From Vicugna vicugna (taxonomy: Eukaryota), in contig MU057887.1 of the NCBI GenBank assembly GCA_013265495.1, forward strand, positions 3,933,668 through 3,997,667: 64,000 nt of DNA. The letters run 5' to 3'. A program made the translations under genes and the position numbers. The notes beneath the pieces were generated by a model. The model did not search any database, had not been told where the DNA came from, and worked only from the letters and a program-made list of their open reading frames with translations. Below are positions 1 to 12,426 of the stretch, piece after piece; the first letter of the stretch is position 1, and every line of letters starts with the position of its first letter.

Positions 1-839
1 TCAGAACTCTGGGACACCCATCCTGCCCTGGCCCTGCAGGACTGTCAGTCATCCTCTCTGGTCTGTGGCCTTGATGGATGGGACTGCTGTGAGCAAGGTC
101 CGAACACAGGATCTGGCCGAGTGGGCACCCATGGGTCTCAGCCCAGGGACCCAGGAAGGGGTACACGAGGCAGAGAGACCTGAAAGCACGTGTCCCTGCA
201 GCTGGTCTCTGAGCCTCCCGTAGGGTGGTGTCTCCGCCCCGGCCAGAAAGCTGCCGGGGACTGCGACAGGCTGCTAGGGGTCCAGGCCTTTCCTCTCACC
301 CCACAAGCGTGGAAGCAGGGGGAGCCCCAGCCAGTGGCCCCCATGGCTCCCTCCGCAGGTCTGGGCACAGGGGGATGTTGCTCCCCCCTCCCCCCACCAG
401 GAAAAGGCAACCAGGAAGTACCTAAGGGGGAGGGCAGTGTCCTCACTCCAGATCGGACTTGGGGGCTGGGGGACATCAGTGTCCCCCTCCCATATCCCCC
501 CAGAAGGGGGATCTAGGGTGTGGGGTGTGGGCTGGACTTCCATGGCACTATTTTCAAGCAAACACAAATTGAGCAATTTCTTACAGCGAAAATCAAAACA
601 GTGCAAAGCAGCCAAGTCCATGGAGGAGGGACTCAACCAGGAGGCTGCCCGTGGCCAGGCCAGCCAGCGTGTGGGCTCAGGAAGGGGACCAAGATGGGAC
701 TGGGACAGGACTGGGGGACAGACAGGCACCCAGAGACCTGCATGGGGCCTCAGTCTTGGGCAGACACGGAGAAAGGGACGATTCAGGCAAAGACTCTGGC
801 CCAGGTAGGGACAGGTACAGCACCCCGATACACACACAC

Positions 840-1470
840 CCCTGAGACGGGGCGGGGATCGCCCCTCCCCCTCCCGGCCTCCGCTCGGCTCTCGCGTCGA
901 AAATGCAAATCTGCAATTAGCCAGAGCGTTAAACAAACCAGGGGAAACAAAACATACGAGACGCCGGCAAAATCCGAGCCTCCGCTGTTTTCAAAACAAG
1001 TGCGAGCGAGGGGCGCGAATCGGGGTGGGCTTCAGTCCAGCCCCGCGGTCCCACCCCCACCCTGGGGACCTGGGTCAGAGTTCAGCCCCGGAGGCGGGCC
1101 GGTCCCCCAACCGTGAGGGCCGCCCTGGCCTGGTTACCCCCGGGCGGCCGGGTGGCAGCGCCGCTCCTGCGGACGACCCCTGCGGGAAACCCCCGCCTGC
1201 ACCTCGCTCCCCCGGGGACGGGGCGGAGCGTGTGGGCATCGGACGAGTCTCCCCGGGGACCTAGGGCGCCCCGTAGGCAGAAGCCTGACCTCCAGTCACC
1301 ATGACGGCGGCGGCGGCCACGTGGGCCCAGGAACCAGTCCCCAAGGAGCCTAACAGGGCGCGTGTCAAAGGCGCGGAGCCCTCGGCCCTTGGCCTCAGGG
1401 CCACGGCCCCACTCTGCCGCCGGCCAATCACCCCCTGTGGCCCCAGAGGCGGCCAGAAGGACTCCCCGTA
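840..1470. promoter_or_regulatory. Second CpG island in the presumed PLXNB2 intron 1 (alternative promoter or enhancer)
   Basis: CpG-dense; octamer ATGCAAAT at 903-910; CCAAT near 1424. Confidence 0.6.
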
Positions 1471-4400
1471 TCCCCATCCCAGGACCAGACTCACCGGGCA
1501 AAGGCCAGCTGGCTGCACAGCCACCTAGGAGCAGGGGTGGGGCAAGGCGGGGCTCTAGGGACACACTGACGTCTGGCCTGAGCCTTGTCTAGTCTGAGCC
1601 TTGCGTCAGCACCGGGAGAGGCTCCCACAGGACCCCTCCCAGGTAGAGGATGTCACCTCCTCCTCCCCACCAGCCCTGGCTCCTGGGGCTGGGTTCCTCC
1701 CTGCACCAGCATAGACTGTGGGCCAGAATGCCCACCCCCAGCCCTCCCTCTGCAGTCTGCTGGGTTCTGGGTCTCAGACCTGAAAAGTCACCCCTGGTGA
1801 CTGAATGAGAAGTGGCAGTAAGAAGGTCAAAGGCCTGAGACCCAAGGCCAAGGGGAGTATGCCCAGAGAAACCCCAGGACTTTCCTGCCACCAGTCTTGG
1901 GGGGCTCGGTCCCACCTCCCCCATCCTGTGGCCTCCCACTGCTTCCATCTCAGTGCATCCAGGCCACCTCTCAGCCCTCTTCTGAGGCCTGCAGTCACCA
2001 TCACCACGATCTCTATCCAGCCCTTGCCCTCAAGGTCTCCTGAGCTCGCCTGGCAAAGCCCAGGGCTGTGTGCTGTAGCCCCTCCGTCCCTCCGTCCCTT
2101 CATGACAACAGCAGCCCCTGCCGTGTGGGTGCTGACCCAGACTGGGATCCCCACCCTCCCATCCCAGTCACTGCCTCACATTGTGAAGAGAAAAACTCAA
2201 AAACGTGTTTCAGTAAGTTATTGTCATTCAAGAATAACTGCCTAGGCCCAGCAGCACAGCCAGCTCCTCAGCCTCCTCCTGCCTCCCAGGTCCTCAGGGC
2301 AGATGGTGGGATTCAGTAGGTCCTCATGCCCCATACACCCCTCCACCACCATGCTGCAGGAGGCACCTCTCTCATCCAAGCCGACCCTCCTGAGTCTCGG
2401 CTACCACTGTGTTCCACCTGGACTCGGCCTGAGCCCCTCCCTGGTTTCCCTACCCCAGGCTGACCCATGTCCCTCCTCTGCACAGCACTCCTCTGGATCA
2501 GAACAGCTCAGGGCCTCCACTGACTTCCCCATGCTTGTGGGGCAGCCTCCATGGGTCTGCTCACCTGCCCCGTCTGCTCAGCCCGAGCATTTCCTGCGTG
2601 CCGTGTGCTGGGGACCCGGGGACAAATCTCCACCCTCCAGGGTCCAGGACCCCTGTGGGGCCCCCAGCAGCTGGTACACGGTGGCCTCAGCCAGCCCCTG
2701 ATGAGCAGATGAAAGGGGCTGGCACTTGGGCAAGTGTGGACACCCTCCAGAGGTGACCTCTCTGGTGGACAGCCCGGGGTCAGACTGAGAGGGCCAGGAA
2801 GAGGGCACGAGACACCTGGAGGGACCAGATTTGGGCATCCAGAGCTCAAACGAGGCCTCCTGCCCCCATCAGGGCAGGAAGAGCAGCCCAGGAGGCTGCC
2901 CGACCACAAAAGGGGCCCCCGTGTGAGGAGTGGGCAGCCTACACCCCCACCCAAGCTGGGAGAGGCTGGGAGCAGGCCTGTGGGCACTTGGCTCAGGGGC
3001 AGGAATGATGTCTGCCTCCCTGCCTGCCCCAGCCCACCTCCCCTTTTCCAGGCTCACCTCCCAGAGCTGGCTGGACTCTGCTGGCCAGGGCAGCCTGAGG
3101 CTCATGGCGGCTGCGGCTGGCCCGGGACCAGCCCCCGCCCAGAGCCCCCTTCCTGGGCCACACAGGAGGCGGGGAGTGCAGTGTTGGGGAGGATGGGTGA
3201 GGGCCTGAGTGAGCAGGGAGCAAGCAAGGCCTGTAATCTCCCCGTCAGTCTGTCAGCGCCTCGGCGGTCACCCCGACCCCGCCTCCTCCGTCACAGACGA
3301 ACCCCACAATTAGCCTGGGGCACTGTGCCAAGCCAGCATGCCAGCCACCACTCACACACGTGACCACACGTGGGCAGGCACACACAGCTGCAATGCTGAA
3401 GGGGGTCCTGTAACAGGGGTCCTACCCCGACACTCAAGAGTGTTCCCAGGACAAAGAGCCCCAGACCTCAGCCAGCCCCAGCGCTGGTCAGCCCAGGATG
3501 TCCCGAAGGGCCAAAGCCTGGGAAAGGTGGGGGCAGGCCCATCTGTGCAGAGGCAGCAGCGCAGGGCTGCTCCAGGCAGCTGTGCAGGTCTCCGTCCAGG
3601 CCTGGAGGGGCTCAGGGTGCCTGAGGCGCTGGGCCAGGTCTGGAGTCCAGGCTGAGGGTGGGGCAGTGGGCAGGGCCCCACGGGAGCAAGCACCACGGGT
3701 TTCAGGATGGCAGAGGGACCGGGAGTTTCCAGGGAGGAGACACCCAGCTCAGGCTAAGGCGGGGCAGTGAGTGGGAAGGGGCAGGCGTGGGGAAGCAAGT
3801 TGGCCAGGACTGCCTGGGGGGAGGCGGGCACCTGGGCACATGGCCGCCCTGTGATGATGGATCCAGGACATAGCCCAAGCTCCCTGGGGCCAGGCCCAGC
3901 CCTCCCCACTCAGAGCTCACTCAGTTCAGCCAGGCGCTGCCACACACAGGGGTCAGGCAGGGACCACCTGCAGGAGGCACTGCTGGATCTGGGGACAGAC
4001 CTGCCTGGGTTTCTGCTTCCTGCTACTCCTGACTTCCCATCCTCCATCCTGACATCTTTCCCCAGGTCCTGAGATTGCTGATGGGAGCCCCCAAATCAGG
4101 CCTGAAGCCAAGATGGGCAGGGAGGCCAAGCCCCTCAAGTCCCCTGGACAGTCTAGAGGAGCCACTCCAAGGCTGACAGGGAGCAGGTGGGCCACGCTGG
4201 GGCCCCTCCCTCCCTCCACCTGTCTTCACCCCTTCCAACTCGCCCAGCTGGCCTTCTAACGCTTCCCCCCACCCCCGCCTCTGGGTGGGGGACGGGCAGC
4301 AGCCACCTTCCTTGGGGAGGGCACCAGCCTCACTGCAGCAGTGTCTTGGGTCCTGGTGCTTCTCGAGAGCTCTGAAAACATCCTGGGGTGGAGGTGGGGA

Positions 4401-7400
4401 CCCAGAGCCCTCACCTCTTTGTGGTCTGAGAGCTACCTCCCGTGGCCAGGCCCACACCACCCTGGGCACTCCAATCCCGACACTCATGCCGTAGGCTCCC
4501 TTGGACCTCAAGACAGACCCATGCTCCTCAGCCTATCAGGACTTTGCTCAGACCTCTTCAGCATCCCTCCCCCAGCCCTCGAGGACCCAGGTGGGCAGGA
4601 AGCCAATCACCCTCTTCCCACTGTCTCCCACACTGCACATCTGGTGGTGGCCAGGGACCCCTGGAGCTGCCTCAGCCTTCAGCAGGAAGCTGGGGACCGG
4701 GCAGGGCACCTGGAGGGGAGCAAAGCCCCAGTCGACTCAGGGCCCGTGCCCTACACAGGTGGCCTGCCGGCTCAGGGGCCTGAGACAACAGCAAAAGGCC
4801 AGCAGCTGGAACTATCCCCGCCTCGGGAACAGACAGCCCTACCCGGACGCTGTGTTGACACAGGTGGCCTCCTGAAAGGCTGACATCAAACCTTTTTCCT
4901 CTTTCTTGCTCTTCCTGAGGAGGGGGCCCAGCTGGGCAGCATCAGGCACAGAGATCTGAGCTCCACACCATGCCTCTCCTCCCAGAGCCCCCACTGGAAC
5001 TGCTGGCCAACAGAGCCAGAGGAGCTGGGGACGCTACGCCAGGGGTCGAGTCTCCACGTCCAGGGCCAGGCTGATGGCAGAGCTGGGGCCAGAACCCAGG
5101 CTGCACCCAAAGGCCTCACTCTCCCTCCCCATGGTCGCCAGTCCAGGACTCACCTGGCACCAGCGCAGGGACTGCCAGGTTTCAGAAACCATGAGATCTC
5201 AGGGGCTGGGGATGAGGATGTGAGCAGGTGCCCCCGTCCCGAGCCCAGGAGAGCACGTCCTCTGCCCAGTGCATGGGGGCCACAGGCACTCAGGTGGGCC
5301 AGTCTCTGTGTGGGAAGGGGGCGCTGAGCTGCAGAGGGTGGACTAGAGAGTGGGAGTCTGTCGCAGGTTCAGGAACACCACAGAACAGGGTAAGAAGACC
5401 CACTTGGGTGGGCACTGGGGGCAGAACAGCAGAGGCCCAGCCCTGTCTTTCAAATGCTCTGCCAGAGGGGAGGGAAGGGCTGAACAGCTGTGCCCTGGCC
5501 TGGCTGGGGGCTGCAGGACAGGGAGGCTTCTTGCCTGGTCAGCAGGGGGACGGAGTCCTCAAAGCCCCAGGGGCAGAGAAGGAGCAGTCAGAGGATGTGA
5601 AACCACAGAAGGGAAAACCATGCAGGGACCACATGCGGCCTGGACAGAAAAGGGAAGTGCAGTGCCGCTGTGGCCCCCCCAGCCCCCAGCGCCCTCTACC
5701 AATTACAGGCCACTGACCTGCCCTTCCCAGCTTGTAATTTGAGACCAAAGACAATTAGAGGCCCCACCCACCCCACCCTGGGCTCCACCCCAAACACAAA
5801 CAGCCATTAGCCTGGGGGAAGGACTCTGCTCAGCCCTCAGCCCATCAAGGGACTGGCCCCCAGGGAACCAGCATCACCTCTCAGAGGGAGGCAGAGGCTG
5901 GGGGGACCGCTGCAGACCCTCCTGGCCAGGCTTGGATTCGGGTTCTGGCAGGTGGATCAGCTCACTCCCTCCCCTCACTGGCCCCAGCTTTACCCACACC
6001 CGTGTTGAAGGCAGGCTCTGGGCACCAGCGGTGCTTCAACAGGGAAGAAAGACCTATTCCCCCACTCCCCAGGAAGCCCAGGCAGGCAGAAAGGACTGAG
6101 GCGTGATGTGAGTAAGGACTGCTTGCTCACAGGGCAGCCCTTGGGGCAGAGAGCCTGGCATCTTGGCATGGATCTGTCCAGACCCGAGAAGGGGCCACAT
6201 GACGGGGCAGGCTCTGGAAGCCACATCCTGTTCTCACCAGAGCAGCCCCTGCCCACACCCACCATCCTTAGGTCCACCGGCTCTGGTTCCCAGGGTGTGA
6301 GTACACAGTAGAGAACAGTTCCCAGGATGGCCCAGGTCCTGGGACGGTGCTAGTGCCTGCATCCACGTTGTCCTAGGGGAGAGGCGCACATGCCATATGG
6401 ATCCCTCCCCAGGCTGCCAGCCCACCCCAGTGCCTTCCCATCCAATCTCTTCTGCTCCATTGGCCTGGGCTGGGGCCAGGGCCCTGGGTTTACCGTACTC
6501 AGCCCCAGCTGCCAGCTCTGCCTCCCAGCGTGGTCCCTGCAGGGGGTACTGGGTGTGTAACTGCACACATGCATACACAGACCCTGGGAGCCCACATGGC
6601 AGAGGCAGCATCCCAGATAACTCCTTGCAGGGACCCACCTCTGGCCTCGGGGCCCTCACCCGCGGGATTGCTCATCTGTGGGATGGGCTGACAGGTGCCA
6701 CATCCAAGTGGGGTGGGTATCTGGGGGCGAGGGCTGGGCTCTCTAAGGGGAGCTGTGTGTCAGTCAAGAGGCAGGAGGGTGGCCTAAGGTTCAGCCCCAG
6801 GGAGACCCCAGTGCCCCACCCACTCGAAGCAGCCTAAGTCACACCCCTGCCTGCTCCCATTACCCCAGGGAAGCACTGTGAGTAACCTGCCCAAGGTGTG
6901 TCCATGAACCAGCTCTGGAGAGTTGCCTCAGGGGCCTGGGGCCACAGGGTCTAAGCCTCCGGTGGGGACGGGGGGTTTCCTGGCTGGGCCCCTGCCCCGG
7001 GCAGGAGAACAGGGTCCAGGACTCCTTGTGCCCCACTGCCTCCCCGAGAAGGGCCTGGGCCCACCCCAGGCTCGCCTGGCTGGGCCTGCTGGGGCCGACC
7101 TGGGGCGTTCTCCAACCCAAGAGTGACGCATCCCTCCCACCCCGCCCCCGACCGGTCTGAGCAGCCGCGGGAGGCGGTGGAGCTGCCCAGACTTGCCTGT
7201 CCCTCCCTCTGGGGCTCTCAGCCCACGGCCCCGGAAGTGGATCTCTCTCCCACGGCTGTAGCCTCCCCTCTTGGGTGGCTGGACCCGTCTGGATAATCCA
7301 AAATAATTCCTTCTTGGCAGGCGGCCGGCGGGGGAGGGGGAGGCTTGCATTCCAAACCCTTGTTTTTCTCTGTAACTTCCCTCCCCTCCTGGGACAAGGA

Positions 7401-8599
7401 GCCTTAGGCCAGACCTCAAGCCTCCCCCTACCCCTCAGATGGAGATGGGCTCCCCACCCATAGGTCCGGTGTGAGGAGGTGAGAGGCTGAGATCTGACAA
7501 CACCACCTGCTTATCCTCAATCTTCTCAGAATTCCTAAAAGCTGACATGCCACAAAACACAACTAGTGGGCCCAACAGGGCCCATGCTGCCTCTGCGCTC
7601 CTCGGGGCCCTCACCTCAGAGCAGAGGCAGGACATCCCCCACCCAAGCTGTCCAGCTCTCCGACTCTTGGGTGCACCTCCCCTCTATGTGGGGTAACGGC
7701 TGGACATGGGGTCAGGCTGAAAGGCCCCCTCCCCCAGGGGCCATGCTCTCCCGTCTCCACAGGGCCTGGCCCTAGGGATGTGGGAGGCATAGGGGCTGAA
7801 CTTAGACATGAAAGGGGGAGCTCCTCAGGGAAGGCACAGGCCCAGAGAGCCCTCTGAGCCCCAGAACCTTCTACTAGCTTTGGGGCTGCGTTTCACCCTC
7901 AGTGCTGCCCCCACCTCAGGCCCAGAGCACAGATAGACACCTTCTGTCCTTTTCAAGTTGCTGGGAAGAGGAGCCCAATGACGTGGCAGGAAGCTCCGAG
8001 GCTCTTGAGCTCAGGGACCCCCCTCAAATCTGCCAAACAACCCTAGCACAGTTGGGAAGGTCCCATCTAGCTAGGAGGGCTTCCTGCAGGAGGAGGCACA
8101 TAGAGGTGCAGGACCAGAGTGTGAGGGGCAAGGCCCAGGCAGTGAGTACTGAGACTCCCTGGGTCCCAGAGCGTCCACCCTAACACACCACCAACAAACA
8201 TTGGTAACTGTGAGAGCCGGCTCTGTGGTGAAGCAGGCTCAGGGCCACCAGGACTTCCCAGGAACTGGCGCTGGTGCCGGGCTGCCCCAAGTCCCAACTC
8301 GGAACCCTGCACCCTCCCTCCAGCATGGCCAGGTGCAGACCAGGGGCTCACAGCAGAGTCCTGGCTTATGCCCGCCTCACAAGGCCCCAGGGGGTGTGGG
8401 GGCTGCCAAGGCCTGACCGCAGGGCCCAGCCCCCTGGGGAAAGCCCAGGCTTAGCCACCCCGGAACCAAGGTTGGGTGGGTGCGGGCCTCAAGCTCTTAG
8501 ACAACAGGGACGATCTTTGCCCAGAGCACGGATCTCGGTGGCTGGAGGGGTGTGAGGCATGAGCGGGGAGGGAGGGTCGGGAACCAGGAGGGATCTGAG

Positions 8600-9300
8600 C
8601 AGCTCCAGAGGGACGCCCGCGGCGGGAGAGGGCGCGGCGCCCGGCTAGGGACCCTCGGCCTGCCCAGAGCCGCTGCGCAGAGCCGCTGCCCGGGGCGCCG
8701 CAGTCCTCCGCCACCTAGAAGAGCGCGGAGCGGGAGCCGCCCGGCCCCAGCCGGACGGACACACGTACGGCGGCTGAGGCCCGAGTCGCCCTCCGCGGGG
8801 CGGCAGCTGCCCGAGTCGCTGCGTCCCGAGCGCCCCCGGCCAGGACTGAGTGGCGCTGACGGCGAAGCCCCCCACCGGCGCGGCCGCCTCGCGGGCCTCG
8901 TACCCCGTCTCCGTACCTGCACGTCCGCCGCCGAGGCTCGATGGCGCCCGGGCCGCGATCGGCGCTGCGCTGCGGCCCGCGCGGCTGCCATGGAGACGGG
9001 CCTTTGTGTGGCCGAGGAGGGGCCGGAGCGCGCGGGAGCAGCGGCCCCGCCCCCGGCGGGGGAGAAGGGGAGGGGGAGGGGAGAGGCGGAGGGGGAGAGC
9101 GGCCGTGGGGCGGGAGGGAGGGAAGGGGGACCCACAGGGCTGGGCCCTCCCCACGCGTCCCCCGCATCCTCGGCACCCAGCAGCCACAGTGGGCGCGCCA
9201 CGTCGCCGGTTAGGGTCTCCCCGGTTCGGGTCCAGGTTCGCCCCAGGGGAGCCCAGGTCTGGGCCCTGCAGGAGCGCGCCGAGCAGACCCAGGTCCTCCC
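8600..9300 (-). promoter_or_regulatory. PLXNB2: CpG-island promoter, probably of PLXNB2
   Basis: Dense CpG island with GC boxes and a G-run tract (9057-9130). Gene identity is inferred from the conserved order PLXNB2-DENND6B-PPP6R2; no PLXNB2 coding sequence is in the window. Confidence 0.7.
8917..8995 (-). other. PLXNB2: Probable first (5'UTR) exon of PLXNB2; 5' boundary approximate
   Basis: Donor GTGCAG|GTACGG at 8917/8916, inside the island and downstream of the GC boxes. Confidence 0.6.
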
Positions 9301-10125
9301 CACCCCGCTCCCTCGGGGTTCTCTCCGGAGACAGGTGACCCATCGGTACCCCCACACTCAGACTGGAGAACAGGCCGGCCGCACCCATGCCATTTTGTGG
9401 GTTGGGGTCTCCTGGGCCTTGTTCCACAACCTCCTAGGGGAAGAGGGCTCCTGCCCTAGCCCCTGTGCAACACATCCTTGGCCTCTAGCTGCCTTTCTCC
9501 CCACAACCCTGGATGGCCTCTGGCGACCTGTACCCAGGACCCATCAACCTGTCTTTCAGTGCGTGGAGTAGGGTGGTGAGACCCACCCTCTCCACTGGGG
9601 TTCCAGCTTTGAACTAGAGCTTATCCCACTTCTGGCCACTCCAGCCTCTATCTGCCCGGTCCTGAAGTCCCTGAGCCCAAGACCTGAGCAGAGGTGGGGA
9701 ACCCCATGGGGCCAGCTCTCCTGTGTGCTCCTGCTGCCTCTCGTGAAGTCTCCCTGCACAAGATGGTGCAGTGAGCAGCAGCTGGGGACCCAGGGACTGG
9801 GACGCCATCTCCATTCCTGGGGACCTCCCCTCCACCCAGACTTCCCCCTCCCTGCCCACTTCCTCCTGTCTCCCCCGCCACCCCGCCACCTGCCCCCCAT
9901 GCTAAGAAACCCTCAGGGAGGGTCACTCATTAATTTCCTGCTGCCCTCACATCCCCAGCCAGCCAGGCCAAAACAGCACGCCTTCAGCCCTGAACTGAAT
10001 CCACACCACAGCCCACCCAACCCCCCATCACAGAGGACCCTAAAGTCACCAGGATCTGACAGGGATGCCAACTTTTTCATCAAAAAAGGAAGTTGAAAAA
10101 CAAGTATTGTGTCACAGAAGGGCAT

Positions 10126-10131
10126 TTTAAT
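10126..10131 (-). terminator. DENND6B: Candidate DENND6B polyadenylation signal (ATTAAA)
   Basis: tttaat on the plus strand within a local AT-rich patch, followed on the minus strand by a U-rich tract (10075-10105). This implies a 3'UTR of about 2.2 kb. Confidence 0.5.
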
Positions 10132-12303
10132 ACCAAAGATGTGGGAAGGCCACCATCCCAGACTAAAAGGGTCTTTAAATAGTGTGTAGGAAGCTCAGGG
10201 GCGAAGCCTGTCCTTCCTGTCCCTGCAGCAGCCCACTGCTGTCCTCCACCCACCCCCATCCTGGGCCACCACCCCAGGCCCACACGCAGCCCCCACATGC
10301 AGGCGGCCTCACACACTGGTCCTCCTTCCCCTCCGGGACCCTGGCGGGGGGAGCTCTGCCTTTTCTGACCCACCTGCCCCCTCCTCTCCCCTCACTGCCT
10401 GCTTCCATCCAGGTGGGGAGACAGAGACTCAGCCAAGCCACAGTTAACCTGATGCTGAGAGGGACACAGAGGCTCCTCGGGGAGAGGGTGGCGCTGGCAG
10501 GACTCCATACCTAGCTCCCCCACCCAGGCTGCACTGTACCCAGAGGAAGAGGGACCCTTCACGGCCTCAGGCTCTCCAGCGTAGGGGCTTCCTCTCTCCT
10601 TCAGCTTTGGATTCTGTCCTTGGCAGCACTGCCCACCCTGCCAGGCGTCCCTCCCTGGAGCCCCCACAGCTATCCTGAGGACAGGCCACTGTGAAGGACT
10701 GCTATGTGGACAAAACCAGAGCCCTCAGGGAGGACACCCGGCATCAGGGGAGTCTGGCTGTGCCTTCCTGGACTGATGGTGGCAAAGGTCCCAGGGGGCT
10801 TCCCAGAGGCCCCCCCCCCCACAGCCTGTGGTCCCCCAGCTCCCTGTCACATGCAACATCCTGGGGTGACGGCTGGGGCACACCCCTCACGGATGGCATC
10901 GCAGTCATGAGGGGGTCGGGCCAGTTTCCCAAGCCACCCACATGCCTGGCAGCCATGGCCCTTGGGCTCTAGACTAGACAGCCAGGGCAGGCTATCCAGA
11001 GAGGCACTCTGTCCAGAGGGGCACTCAGGGCCCACAAGGTCCTTCCTCACTCCAGGATCTCCAGCTTGTGTCTTCTGCAAAAATGGGTTCGCTCCCTTCC
11101 CTCCCCTATTCTGCTGTCAAGGCAGTCACGGCCCAGCCTGGGCTCAGCTGCCTGTAGAACGGGGACATGACAGGCTGTGGTCAGGGCCAGACACGCTGAC
11201 TGTGACAGCTGAGACCAGTGCCTGCCAAACCCAGCCTGGGAGTGGAGGTGTCAGTGAGCGCTCCGGCTGGAGGGGCACAGCCTGCACCCTGCACCACCTC
11301 GCTTTGCTGGGACCCAGCTTAGGGAGCCGCCGAGGCCCACACAGGTGTCTATACCGCTTTGCCTTTCGGATGAGGTGTCTGGGGGTTGGGTAAGGTTGGA
11401 CTTACCCAAAGACCTGCAACTCTGGGTCCTCGCCTCAACACCTCTCCCGTGATGGCTAACAGTGCTGCCGTCACCCTGTGCTGAGCTGTGACAGCACCAA
11501 CCACTGCTGGGCCCAGTGCTCCAAGGTGTCACATGGGGGAGTGGGTCACCTCTCCGGGCCTTTCCCTAATGGCCAAGGAGCGCGGTGATTCCAAGCTGCG
11601 GTGGCTGTTGAGGGCTCCAGCTGAGGGGCCTGGTCGGGCTAATCTGAAACCCATCTGACTGCACGTGGGGGGCACCTGTCAGCCAAGAAGCACTGTGGGA
11701 CAGAGCAGACAGGGCTGGTGCTGGGAGCGGGGTTCCAGGATAGAACGAGGACAAGGCTCTGGACCCTCCCAGCAGCCACCAGGGCCCTGGCGGCATCCCA
11801 ACAAACCACAGGGCAGAGCCCTGCCCCTCCCAGGCTGTAGGAAGGACTCCTCCAGCCTCAGGCAAGACAAGTAGGTGGGCTGTGTGAGGAGAGGTCTGCC
11901 TGTCAGCTGCCTCCTCCTGTCCTGGGCTGGGCAGCCTGGTGGGGCCAAAGGACCCACCAGATACAAGGCCTGGGCTTGGGCAGATGGGCACCTGGAGGGG
12001 GTAGGTGGCCGTGGGCCCAGATCAGATCAGCCAAGGCTCACAGCTGGCCCCACCCCCAGCCTAAGACCCTGTAGAGGGCAGGTGGGGCCCAGGGGGAGGT
12101 GAGGCTCTGGCCAGCACGTGATCTGCTGACAGCCAGGGGCCAGGCTGTGGTTCCAAATGTCACCTTTGCAGCTGGGACAATGGTGGTGCCAGGCAGGAAG
12201 CCAAAGCCTGGAGCAGCAGGAACTTGGGTGGGGGCACTTGTGCTTGACTGGGGAGAAGGAGGTGCCGGTGGCCACGTCCCTGGGCCATGCCCCTCGGGCC
12301 GAA

Positions 12304-12426
12304 CTAGGGAGAGCACAGGACCACCTGCAGGTCCATGGGCAGAGAGCGGACGACCGTCTCGATGTACAGCCGTGCCCGCTTCATTGTTGCCTCCTTCACG
12401 GGAAGCTGGTGACCCTGTGCCCGAAC
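12304..12426 (-). CDS. DENND6B: DENND6B exon 20 (coding part, TAG stop)
   Basis: [40 protein letters not shown]. Confidence 0.95.
   Translation of the reverse strand, partial: VRAQGHQLPVKEATMKRARLYIETVVRSLPMDLQVVLCSP

Noticed and set aside
8497..9571. 260-339 aa ORFs on both strands
   Set aside because: These are Arg/Gly/Pro/Ala-rich frames expected from stop-codon scarcity in a CpG island, with no recognisable domain.
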